A DNA stretch of 43,828 bases from Octopus sinensis (Eukaryota). Position 1 is the first letter of the stretch, and every line of letters begins with the position of its first letter. The stretch is taken from positions 1 to 43,828 of the forward strand of contig NW_021834978.1 in NCBI RefSeq assembly GCF_006345805.1. Reading direction: 5' to 3'. The notes beneath the pieces were generated by a model, which did no database searches, was not told where the DNA came from, and saw only the letters and a list, made by a program, of their open reading frames with translations. The position numbers and the translations under genes are program-made. Shown here piece after piece: positions 12,596 to 22,626 of the stretch.

Positions 12596-12655
12596 TACAT
12601 AAATATATATATACATAATATATACTATATTATATATATATATATATATATATAG
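11830..12655. repeat. Complex (TA)n/(TATG)n microsatellite field with internal higher-order duplications
   Basis: About 800 bp of near-pure TA. The unit GCGTATTCAT...ACGGTTTATATAC...CCATATGGTTT occurs twice (about 12372 and 12479). Confidence 0.95.
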
Positions 12656-13019
12656 TAACGAAGCTTGTGTTTTTGTTCTATATGGTACGTTTGTTATCTT
12701 ATTACACACTCAAAAATTTTGTGATGATGAAGTGTTACTTCAAGTGTCCCACTCTGGGTAAAGAAATGTTTAGATGTCTAGTTAAACTCAGAGAAGTTTC
12801 GTCAACGCTCTCAGTATGATATGACATGACGTATGCAATTATCACGGTGGCATGTGAAATTTGCAAGAGATTATATCTTATTTCCACGCCTTCCATTTCC
12901 ACACTGTTTTCTTTTTTAAATGTTGTTTGTCGAAGTGTATATGAAAAGCTCCTATATGTTTCCCATGTAACAATAACTGTTAAGTTTTTCAATGATGTTA
13001 GCGTGGACGTGTAATCTTT

Positions 13020-13200
13020 TTATTCTTTATCTTTTACTAGCATCAGTCATTGGACTGCAGCCACGTTAGGGCCACATCTTGGAGGATTTTAGTCGAATGA
13101 ATCGATCCAATTGTTTTGTTTTTGAAAGGTCCGCTACTTATTCTATCGATCTCTGCTTACGAACCGCTATGTTAGGGAACATAAACAAAACAACACCGGT
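13020..13200 (-). mobile_element. SINE family B 3' fragment, diverged
   Basis: TCTTTTACT...CAGTCATTGGACTGCAGCCA and CTTATTCTATCG motifs as in the 6741 copy. Confidence 0.65.
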
Positions 13201-13335
13201 TTATACACACATTCATATAATACATATAGACATACATACATACATATATATATATAAATATATATCAGAATTGTTTGCATAATAAGATAAAAAAAACCAA
13301 GGCTGTATAGATTTTAGGGCATTTATAGATAGAAG

Positions 13336-13387
13336 GTCTTACAGCTGTTTCTAGGATATTAATTAATGATATCACTTCATCGGAGAC
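13336..13387 (-). ncRNA. Type I hammerhead-ribozyme-like motif (Penelope-type)
   Basis: Minus strand: GTCT-CCGATGA-AGTGATAT(cattaatta)ATATCCTA-GAAACAGCTGT-A-AGAC. Stem I is GTCT/AGAC, stem II is GATAT/ATATC, stem III is the palindrome ACAGCTGT, and the cleavage triplet is GUA. Confidence 0.6.
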
Positions 13388-13661
13388 GGTGTGAGAGGAA
13401 AGTTAAGTCATAATTAGTTTAGTTGTGATACAAAATAGAGAGTGAGGCGGAGGAAAGAAAATAGATGTAAAATATGTATGGGTATCGAAGTTGAAAATCT
13501 GTTCTATAGGCATAATGGTATATATGCAATATTCCAATATCCTTTGAGTAAAGTCCAAAAGTCCAACAAACTTTAATATGAGTCCTTCCAAATATAAAGT
13601 TTATAAGCAACGTAAGATTCCCTTATGAGTGAGATCCATATACAATAAATTTGTGTATATA

Positions 13662-13941
13662 CACGAGGCTCCGGCAGAGGGTGGTGGCGACCTCTGCTAT
13701 ACTCTGCTGTACTCTTTCACCACTGCTTCTTTCTCTCACTCTTTCTTCCTGCTTTTGTTGTACCTGTATTTCGAAGGGCCAGCCTTGTCACACTCTTTGT
13801 CACGCTGAATTTCCCCGAGAACTACGTTAAGGGTACACGTGTCTGTGGAGTGCTAAGCTCCTTGCACGTTAATTTCACAAGCAGGCTGTTCCGTTCATCG
13901 GATCAACTGGAATCCTCGTTGTCGTAACCGACGAAGAGCCA
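13662..13941 (+). mobile_element. SINE family C variant (alternative middle, same tail as 6342)
   Basis: The tail GGGCCAGCCTTGTCACACTC...GAGAACTACGTTAAGGGTACACG is nearly identical to the 6342 copy. Confidence 0.85.
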
Positions 13942-13971
13942 CTTATATATATATATGATATATATGATATA

Positions 13972-14011
<40 letters not shown>

Positions 14012-14038
14012 TATATATATATTATATATATATATATA

Positions 14039-14690
14039 CAGGGCAGGGACAAAATAATGGAAACACCTAGCATCATAACATCATAATTTTGAAATATCTA
14101 TAAAACCGTCAAAAGCTTGATTATTATATTTTTATTTATTTATTATTAGTGTTGCTTAATATGTTTTGCTAAAATTGCTGTTTCTTTTCAAATATCATCA
14201 GAAAATGGTAATTAAAATTCATTAAGATGACACATCTATCGGACTTTCAATGAGGTCAAATTGTTGGCGCTCGTATGGCAGGTGCTAGCATAACGAAAAC
14301 AGCCAAAATGTTTGGGGTATCAAGAAGTACTGTCTCGAAAATAATGACAGCCTTTGAGAAAGAGGAAAAACCTCCTCGTCGAAACAAAACTCCGGAAGAA
14401 AACAAAAACTTTCAGATAGGGACCGTCGGACTCTTACGCGAATTGTTAAAAAGGACCATAAAAGTACAGCTCCCAAAATCACCGCAGAACTTAATGACTA
14501 CCACGAGAACCCAGTTTCAGCAAAAACTGTTCGTCAGGAGCTGCACAACGCCGGATTTTACGAGAGGGCTACAATCAGAAAACCATTACTTTCAAAAAAA
14601 AAAAAAAAATGCTGCAAAGCGTTTAGAGTGGAGTAAATACCTACAGAATTGGTCTTTAGAGCAGTGGAAGAATGTATTTTTTCCGATGCT
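14039..14690 (+). mobile_element. Tc1-like DNA transposon, 5' half (same family as 41648-42924)
   Basis: Left TIR CAGGG..GGACAAAATAATGGAAACACCT after (TA)n. The frameshifted transposase N-terminus reads GQIVGARMAGASITKTAKMFGVSRSTVSKIMTAFEKE and breaks off near the first catalytic Asp. Confidence 0.9.
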
Positions 14691-14955
14691 CTACGTTCTG
14701 AGCTCAAATCGCACCGAGGTCGACATTTTGTTTCATCCTTTAGGGGGTTGATAAAATAAAATACAAGTCGAGCATTTGCGGGTCGATATAATCGATTTAC
14801 CCCCTCCCCTCAAAACTGCTAACTTCGTGCCGAGGTCGACTTTTTGTTTCATCCTTTAGGGGTTGATAAATTAAAGTACCAGTCGAACATTTGCGGGTCG
14901 ATATAAGCGATTTATCCCCTCCCCTCAAAACTGCTAACTTAGTGCCGAAATTAGG
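14691..14955 (+). mobile_element. SINE family A fragment with an internal tandem duplication of about 116 bp
   Basis: CCGAGGTCGAC..TTTCATCCTTTAGGGG..GATTTA(T)CCCCTCCCCTCAAAACTGCTAACTT occurs twice in tandem. Confidence 0.8.
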
Positions 14956-15778
14956 AATAATTTATATTGTCATGTATCATGATACTTTCTTGTCATAAAT
15001 TCTAGCATGTCATTGTAATCAAAGGCAATCCAGCTATGACTAACCCACCCTTCTTTTTCAAGCATAGTACATCTTAGCCTACGTCATCTATAATGTCCCT
15101 TTTAAGTGTATTTGAGGGGGGTTATGATGCTATTTCTAGACGGTCGAGGGACCACTCAGCGACTCGCTAAGTATTTCGCTCTTTTGACTTGGTTTGGCTT
15201 TCACGAGGCAGCAATCAGATGACTTAATGACCCATTCATCTCAATTTATTGCACCACAACTAATTAATGATTACTTTCTGATTATTGTTCACTGATAAAT
15301 ACTTTCTCATTAACTCCTAATCGAATTACGAGTCACTAATCAACAATATTGTTTACATTTAAATCCAGTAAATTGCTTGACTCTTTAACGTTTAAACTGG
15401 CAGTATCAGGATCGAATATTGATGAGATTCTGGTTTAAGCACCCCATAAAACCTTCGTAACTTTTTTTCTTTTGTCGTTTTCAGAAAATTTTTCAGAATT
15501 TGTGTTCATGCGATCGTGAAAACAAGTTTTTAAATTTTTTAACCCCCACACCTCTACCCATAAATTCTAAAATTTCTATTCTTTTTTTTTTCTATTTAAA
15601 AAAAAAATTCTAGCAATGGATCCTTGGATGTACCATCATTCCATTAAATGTGCTTAAGGGAAGAAAAATATTGAAAAATATCAATACATATCAGAGGGAT
15701 AAAGAAGCGAAGGGAGTATTAGGTGGTCATGAGATGTGCTAAAAATGACAGCTAAATCGCTCTTAAATCACATACAAG

Positions 15779-15824
<46 letters not shown>

Positions 15825-15866
15825 CAATAGGGTAATAATAATTATATTATTAGACTATATATTATT

Positions 15867-15981
15867 CACATAGAAATACAATAAGAGGCTTCCAAATAGG
15901 AAAGCCTTGGTGGTTTTGAGTTTTCTACTGCTCTTTCTAGCACAAGGCTTTCCTATTTGGAAGCCTCTTATTGTATTTCTT

Positions 15982-15985
<4 letters not shown>
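15867..15985. repeat. Inverted repeat: 43-bp arms (1 mismatch), 33-nt loop
   Basis: 15867-15909 CACATAGAAATACAATAAGAGGCTTCCAAATAGGAAAGCCTTG pairs with 15943-15985 CAAGGCTTTCCTATTTGGAAGCCTCTTATTGTATTTCTTTGTG. Confidence 0.95.
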
Positions 15986-16013
<28 letters not shown>

Positions 16014-16014
16014 G

Positions 16015-16160
16015 ATGAAATTTGCAGAAAAAACAAAAGACAAAGACAGGTGTATAAACAACAAGCAGGTGTATTAGTTTGACGCTCGGGAAGGTGAGAA
16101 AGTCTTTTATGTTTCGAGCCTATGCTTTTCAACAGAAAGGAACACGGGGAAATAAACAGA
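16015..16160 (-). mobile_element. Penelope-like terminal fragment with a degenerate hammerhead
   Basis: Shares GTATTA.TT.GACGCTC.GGAA with the segment upstream of the PLE ORF at 31837-31856. Minus strand 16104-16139 reads CTTT-CTGTTGA-AAAGC(atag)GCTC-GAAACAT-A-AAAG. Confidence 0.5.
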
Positions 16161-16376
16161 GTGTGTGTGTGTGTATGGTGTCTTTGTGTGTGTGGTGTGT
16201 CTATGTCTGGGTGTGTGGTGTGTCGATGTCTGTGTGTATGTGAATGTGAGAGAGAGAGGTGGGGAGAGAGAGGGGAAAGGGGTGGTGGCGAAAAAAAAAA
16301 GAGAATGGAGAAAAGTGAATTATTCTGATAGAAACTGATAAAAATCATCACAACAGTATTATTTTTTTCTTTGCAG

Positions 16377-16605
16377 CGGAAGAGGACAGTTTAAGTGGTC
16401 GCTGCCCAAACGGAAGTAGTGTCTCAAGAATCTCGCCGGGAGACCGGAAGCGACAACTGTCAATACAGTCACATGGACAAATACAGAATAAAGTTTCATC
16501 ACCGAGTAAAGGCTGCAAACGGGTTCGCACAATTTTCACACCAGAACAACTTGAACGATTAGAGTATGAGTTTAGCCGGCAACAATATATGGTAGGGACA
16601 GAAAG
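16377..16605 (+). CDS. Not: Not/Noto-family homeobox gene, internal coding exon (N-terminal arm and homeodomain residues 1-31)
   Basis: Polypyrimidine acceptor ttttttctttgcag ends at 16376 and the donor is AG|gtacgt at 16606. The 229-nt exon (phase 1 in, phase 2 out) reads EEDSLSGRCPNGSSVSRISPGDRKRQLSIQSHGQIQNKVSSPSKGCKRVRTIFTPEQLERLEYEFSRQQYMVGTE(R). KRVRTIFTPEQLERLE..F..QQYMVG.ER is characteristic of Not homeodomains. Confidence 0.93.
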
Positions 16606-16626
16606 GTACGTTACACCGTTTACATA

Positions 16627-16988
16627 TTTTTACCTCCGCCATCTTAAGGCGGAGGTATTGCTTTCAGTTGTGTTTGTTTGTTTGTTTATCTGTGGACTAG
16701 ATATCTCAAGAACCGCTGGATGGATTCGAATGAAACGTCCCTGGATGTTTAGCCTCGTGACCGGCACGAACTGATTAGATTTTGGGATCGATCCAGTATC
16801 GGACAAGGATTCTGGATTATTTTTCCAGTTTTTTTACTTAATTTTTGAGAGCGGTCAGGTTCATTTTTAGTATTCTCGTTTGTGAGAGCAATCGAGTTTA
16901 TTTCAGATATTCTCATTTTAAAAATCATTTCTGGTTGAGAGGATGTTGGTGTTGCTTTGGAGTTTGCGCTCTCTGGGTGTTCTTGTTT
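16627..16988 (+). mobile_element. Helentron-associated non-autonomous element (HINE/DINE-1-like) in the homeobox intron
   Basis: 5' T-run plus hairpin TACCTCCGCC(atcttaa)GGCGGAGGTA, a (GTTT)n microsatellite, the ATATCTCAAGAACCGCTGGATGGATT..ATGAAA block, and a 3' hairpin GCGCTC(tct)GGGTGT ending in CTTGTTTT. This is the architecture typical of DINE-1/HINE elements. Confidence 0.75.
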
Positions 16989-17054
16989 TATTTGTTTCTC
17001 GTCAAAGTGTAAATAAAAAAAAAGTTACATGTGATGACGTTATGATGATATCAT

Positions 17055-17375
17055 GATGACGTATCTGCTGTTGGTTTCCGACGTTGGGTATTCAGTTATT
17101 CGATCAACCGAACTACTTATGAGTTAACGTGTAAGTAGCCGAGTATTCCACATTTACGTATATCCTTGATGTAATTCTTAGGCGGAATTAGTGCGACATA
17201 ATGTGTGAGAAACTGGAGGCGTGGAGCTTAGTGGTTAGGTTGTCGAACTCACGATTATAAGATTGCGGTTTCGATTCCTGAACCGGGCGGTGCGTTGCAT
17301 TCTCGAACAAAACACTTAATTTCATGTTGCTCCAGTCCACTCAGCTGTCAAAACTGAGTAATCCTGTGATCAAAT
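17055..17375. mobile_element. SINE family C pieces: minus-strand tail (about 17055-17190) abutting a plus-strand head and core (about 17215-17375)
   Basis: Matches to the 6342 copy in opposite orientations. Confidence 0.65.
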
Positions 17376-17624
17376 GGTGTCCCGCCCAATTCGGGATTAT
17401 GTCCGGGAAACAGTTCCTGTGAGTCTATGATTCGAGAAGGATTTTATCCTCTTTATCCTTAGTGTTTGGCAAGGTTGAACCTGTGAATTATTGGTGCAAT
17501 CGATCCAAGTCATAGGGGATAGCTAGAGTATGTACTGTTCAGGGTAGTACCTGAGTTTGCCTCCTCCGAGCCCCTAAACCTATACAACAGAGCCGAAGGT
17601 GCCATCACCATAAAAGCGTCACTC

Positions 17625-17770
17625 GGTTCGACAAAAGAGACCGATAGAATAAGTACTAGGCTTACAAAGAATAAGTCCTGGGGTCAATTTGCTCGACTAA
17701 AGGCGGTGCTCTAGCATGGCCGCAGTCGAATGACTGAAACAAGCAAAAGCGTAAAAGAGTAACGAGTAAA
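17625..17770 (+). mobile_element. SINE family B 3' portion
   Basis: GAGACCGATAGAATAAGTACTAGGCTTACAAAGAATAAGTCCTGGGG...GGCGGTGCTCTAGCATGGCCGCAGTC. Confidence 0.85.
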
Positions 17771-17779
17771 ATATATGTT

Positions 17780-17840
<61 letters not shown>

Positions 17841-17948
17841 GTATGTATGTATGTATGTATGTATGTATGTATGTATGTATGTATGTATGTACCTATGTAT
17901 GCATGTGTATATGTATGTAATATGTTATATATTTGTTTCTTTTAACAG

Positions 17949-18612
17949 GTACTACTTGGCCGGCAAGCTAGATCTGACAGAAGTCCAGGTGAAGGTCTGG
18001 TTCCAGAATCGACGAATCAAAATGCGAAAGCAGCAACAGGAGGCAATGAAAGCCCATTACACACAATGCCGTTTCATGGCGGAGACAGACAGTGAAGAGG
18101 AAGACGAGGAGGGTGATGAGGATGACGAGGAAGAGGATGATGAAGGGGGAGGTGAAAGGGTTGCAGAGGGGGAAGAGGAAAGGCGAGTGGAGGATCAGAG
18201 AATGGAGGAGATGGCAGAGAGAGGTGATAGAGTTAACCGTATTCACAGCAACAGTAACAGCAGCCATAGTAGTAGTAGTAGCAGTAGTAGTAATAGTAGT
18301 GGTGGTGGTGATGGTGGGAGTTGTAACAATAGCAACAACAACAGCAATAACAACAACGATATTAGAAGCAGTATGAACTATATCAATAACAGCAACAACA
18401 ACAATATCTATAATGGTAACAACAAAACCAACATCAACTCCAGTTTTAGTAGTAGTAGTAGTAGCAGTAGTAGTAGTAGTAGTTATAACAGCGACAACAG
18501 AGTCGTCCATCTCAACAACAGTAGTAGCAACATCAGAAACAGCAACGTCATAAAAAATAGCAACGACAGTATGTATAGCAATAGCAACAACAATAGCAAC
18601 AGAAGGTTATGA
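17949..18612 (+). CDS. Not: Not/Noto-family homeobox gene, terminal coding exon (homeodomain residues 31-60 plus low-complexity C-terminus)
   Basis: Acceptor tttctttttaacag ends at 17948. It splices in frame with the previous exon to give (R)YYLAGKLDLTEVQVKVWFQNRRIKMRKQQ, then an E/D-rich tract and poly-S/poly-N, with stop TGA at 18610-18612. Confidence 0.92.
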
Positions 18613-18874
18613 AGATCTATTTGGTGCGATCTGGTTCTTTTGTAGAAGCGAAATACGATGCATGAATACACTGGAAGAGGAGTGGTTGAACTATATCAAT
18701 GCAATAGCAACAACAGCAGCAACAACAATAACGACGGCAGCAAGAACAACAATAGCAACAATTGAATGCGATTGCAACGGAAATAAGAGCAGCTACAACA
18801 ATAAACAACAACAACAACAGTTGGAACTATACTAACAAGTACAGCAATTGCGAGAAAAAGAATAACTACAGCAA

Positions 18875-19286
18875 GGCGGCGAACTGGCAGAAACGTTAGC
18901 ACGCCGGGCGAAATGCGTAGCCGAATTTCGTCTGCCCTGAGTTCAAATTCTGCCGAGGTCGACTGTGCCTTTCATCCTTTCGGGGTCGATTAAATAAGTA
19001 CCAGTTACGCACTGGAGTCGATATAATCGACTTAATCCGTTTGTCTGTCCTTGTTTGTCCTCTCTGTGTTTAGCCCCTTGTGGGTAGTAAAGAAATAGGT
19101 ATTTCGTCTGCCATTACGTTCTGAGTTCAAATTCCGCCGAGGTCGACTGTGCCTTTCATCCTTTCGGGGTCGATAAATAAAGTACCAGTTACGCACTGGA
19201 GTCGATGTAATCGATTTAATCCCTTTGTCTGTCTTTGTTTGTCCCCTCTATGTTTAGCCCCTTGTGGGCAATAAAGAAATAAGAAT
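18875..19286 (+). mobile_element. SINE family A dimer downstream of the Not stop codon (possibly in the 3' UTR)
   Basis: Head plus two core units joined at AAAGAAATA|GGTATTTCGTC. Confidence 0.9.
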
Positions 19287-20414
19287 AGCAACGTCAACAA
19301 AAGTAACTATACCAGCAAAGAATACCAATTGTAAGAACAACAATAGCTACAAGAAGAAGAAGAAGAACAACAACAACAACAACAACAACCTGTCTTTAAA
19401 ATATAAGGAAGAACAAATGGGATTATGGAGTTCTAGATACAGGTGTGTCTAGATGAAAGATGGAATGGTCACGACTGGAAAGTTTTTCATCATATGTCTG
19501 CTATGGCATAGTTAGACTGAACAACAACAACACTTATGTCATAAGTACAAAGTAACTCCTCTATGCGGGAGTCGCTTAACTAGCAATAGCAGCCAAATCT
19601 CCCTGAAATCAAACCATATCATCTTAAAAGAACATTGGGTAATGCAGTAAAAATGTATTAAGGTGGGATGTTCAAGATTGGAATGCCTTTGATCACAGAT
19701 TTGTTCAGTCATCATAATGCGCCCCATAACGTAACACAACATTGTACATCACAACAGCAATGCAAATACTATGTAATACAGGCTGCTGGTGGTATTGGTG
19801 GTGGTTCTCCGTCGTTCGACGATGAGGATTGAGTTATTCGATCAACTGCATTACCTGCTCCTGAATTAATGTGTAAGTGGCTGAGTATTCCACAGACATG
19901 CGTACCCTTAATGTAATTCTCAGAGTCAGAATGACAGCGTGTGAGAAAGCTAAGCCGTTTGAATTACAGGTAAAAATCCATCTGACGGGCTTCTACATAG
20001 TTTCCATCTATTCAGTTTTACTCACGTGGTATAGGCCGACTAGAGCCTGTAGAAAACGACACTTGCACACAATGTCACAGAAGAAGAACGAAGCCGGAAG
20101 CAAGTGGTGGCGAAGCGAGTTTCGTTAGCATTCGTCCATATTGCGCCCACACATATGTGCGGTACAAAGAAGAAAAGGAAGACAAAACAGCAATGGTACC
20201 GTCAGTTATACGTCAGCATAAATGTTAAACAGAAACCGCACAACATAACGGTGCCACCACAAGGCAATGTAACTGAGGGCGAAGCACAAACAACCAGAAA
20301 TGCCACGTATGACGAAGCACAAATCAAGTCAAGATAACAATAAACCATGTACCTGACTTCAAAACTGCACTATACAACACAATATCTCACAGCCAGCAGA
20401 GTACAGTAAATGAT

Positions 20415-21002
20415 TCTTTCTAATTCGGGCTCAAAGCTAGCAATTTTGAAGTGAGGTGAGATTCAAGATCGGCGAAATTTGAATTCAGGACGTAAAGAGA
20501 CTGAGAAAAAATACGACTAAGCATTTTTTCGGTGTGCTGTAACGATTCTGCCAGCTCGCCGCTTAAGCTTAGAAAATAATTATTTCTACTGTAAGCATAA
20601 GGCCTAAAATGTTTGGCGGGACGAGGACCCAGTGCTCGACTGGTAGTCTTTTTATCGATGCCGAAAGGATGAAAAGCAAAGTCGGCCTCGGCAAAATTTG
20701 AACACGGAATAAGTATTTTGCCGCTTAGCACTTTGTTCGGTGCGATAGCCGTTTTGCCAGATCACTGTCTTAAGTACAGTGAATAATGGTTTAAAATTTT
20801 GGCACAGGGCCAGCAATTTTAGGGGAGGGAATAAGTCGATTACATCGACACCTGTATTCTACTGGAACTTATTTCATTGACCCCCGAAGGGATGAAAGGC
20901 AAAGTCGTCCTCAGCGGAATTTGAACTCAGAACGTAAAGACGGACGAATTGCTGCTAAGCATTTTGACCGACCTGCTAACGATTCTGCCAGCTCGCCACC
21001 TC
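20415..21002 (-). mobile_element. Three consecutive diverged SINE family A copies
   Basis: Three reverse heads ((T)CTGCCAGCTCGCC-like at about 20550, 20755 and 20985), each preceded by the reverse B-box and/or core. Confidence 0.75.
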
Positions 21003-21024
21003 AGGTACAGTAAATAATAAAGTG

Positions 21025-21385
21025 GAACTCCGTCGGTGTCGAATATGGGTGTTCCAGTTGTTCGATCGATCAACTAAACTGCCTACTTATTTAATTATAT
21101 CGTTAGTGGCCGGGTATTCCACAAACACTTCTTTCTATTCTTAAGGCAATCCTCGGGCAGAATCAGTGTGATTGCACGAGGTGTGACAAGGCTGAACGCT
21201 TGAATTACTGCCACTCCCCAATGGATGGGCGCTTCCACGGTTTTCATCTACCCAGATATCACCTGGATCGAGCTGAGGCAATGATAAAAGACACTTGTTA
21301 AGGTATCATAGTATGGGATCAAACACCGGTCCTCAAGGCTTCAAAGCGAACTTCTTAACCATTCGACCATACCTGTATCCAATGC
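21025..21385 (-). mobile_element. SINE family C tail remnant followed by a family B head remnant
   Basis: GGAACTCCGTCGG...GTGTGACAAGGCTG (C tail, reversed), then CTTCCACGGTTTTCATCTACC...GACACTTG (B head, reversed). Confidence 0.55.
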
Positions 21386-22626
21386 AATACACTATAATAC
21401 AATATCACACAATATCAGTCATTATAAAGACTAAACTGTGAAACCATTAACTTGGCTCTTGATCTCACAAACGTAAAATTTTCATTAATAGATGTTAAAA
21501 AAAACTGTTTCTTTTCAAGCCTACCAGGCCTAAACTTGCAATTAAATCCTGGGAGGAAATTAATGGATATTATTACTGTAAATGTGGAAAGAGAATTTTA
21601 AAGTCTGCATTTGGTAATATGACATTGCTACAATACATTATAATGGTACAAACAACAGAAGTGAGTCGAACTTAACACTACACAGTACAGAACAAAGCAG
21701 TCTTGAATCATTCTCTTTAGTGTTAGATACACAGATCAGATAAGATCAAATGTTAATACTTTTATATAAGGAGGTCTCACCTTTACAGACTGGAATTAAC
21801 CGTTGCGGGGACAACCACATACATCAAATGATAATCGTTTAAGCATCAGTAACTAATTTATGAACATCTGTCAAATGAGTTTACAATGACTGGAACAGAA
21901 TATAAATTTTAATATTCTTTTAAAAAAGACATAAATAAAAATAAAGAAACAAAAAACTTTAAAAATAATAAAAAAAATTGAAGATACTTATTAATTTTGT
22001 ATTTCATATTTTTTGTTTTGTATTGTGTTGGTTTTTTTCAACGTTTTAGGTTTACATCAAGCAGCAACACCTCAAAGAATTAAATGATACCCTTTGTAAC
22101 GTTTGCATAGCGTTATACGTGTGTAAGTAAGTAGTCTTTGTAAAATATTCGGAAATTGTTTTGTTCATTTTAGCTTTGCTCCGGATAATTGTACTGTTTA
22201 GTAAGTGAAAAGTAAGTATTTGCAGATAATGGTTTAAAAATTCACTGGTAAAACGGTTTATGACGTCAAGCGACACCAGTAAAATTCTGGCGTTTATGAT
22301 GTCATAATTTTGTAACGCGTAAGAAAAGACCTGCATTTTACAGTTCATTAAAATGAATTTTGATGTGATATATGAATGATGGTTATTAGGTTTGTAAAAA
22401 CAAGTTTTTGAACAAACGAACATTTTTTTCCAGTCCATATTAACCTTTTGCTTGTCCATGGGATACACTGATGATATTCCCCATGGGATACACAGGACAC
22501 ATTTATCTGGCGTCAATGCATCGTATATGAAATACGTTCACAATATTTTTCAACCACAAGAGTAACGTATGAAACAAACTTTTCAGACTAAAATTCTGAA
22601 AACAAGCATGGGCGTTTAGGATCCAC

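Noticed and set aside
17968-18510. 180-aa antisense ORF over the Not terminal exon
   Set aside because: It is the shadow frame of trinucleotide-repeat coding sequence.
22468-22500. CTGATGA plus small hairpin, a possible hammerhead or C/D snoRNA
   Set aside because: There is no GAAA core half and no convincing box C/D pair with a terminal stem.
22052-22516. 154-aa minus-strand ORF
   Set aside because: There is no recognisable motif and the start is TTG; I cannot support it as coding without a search.
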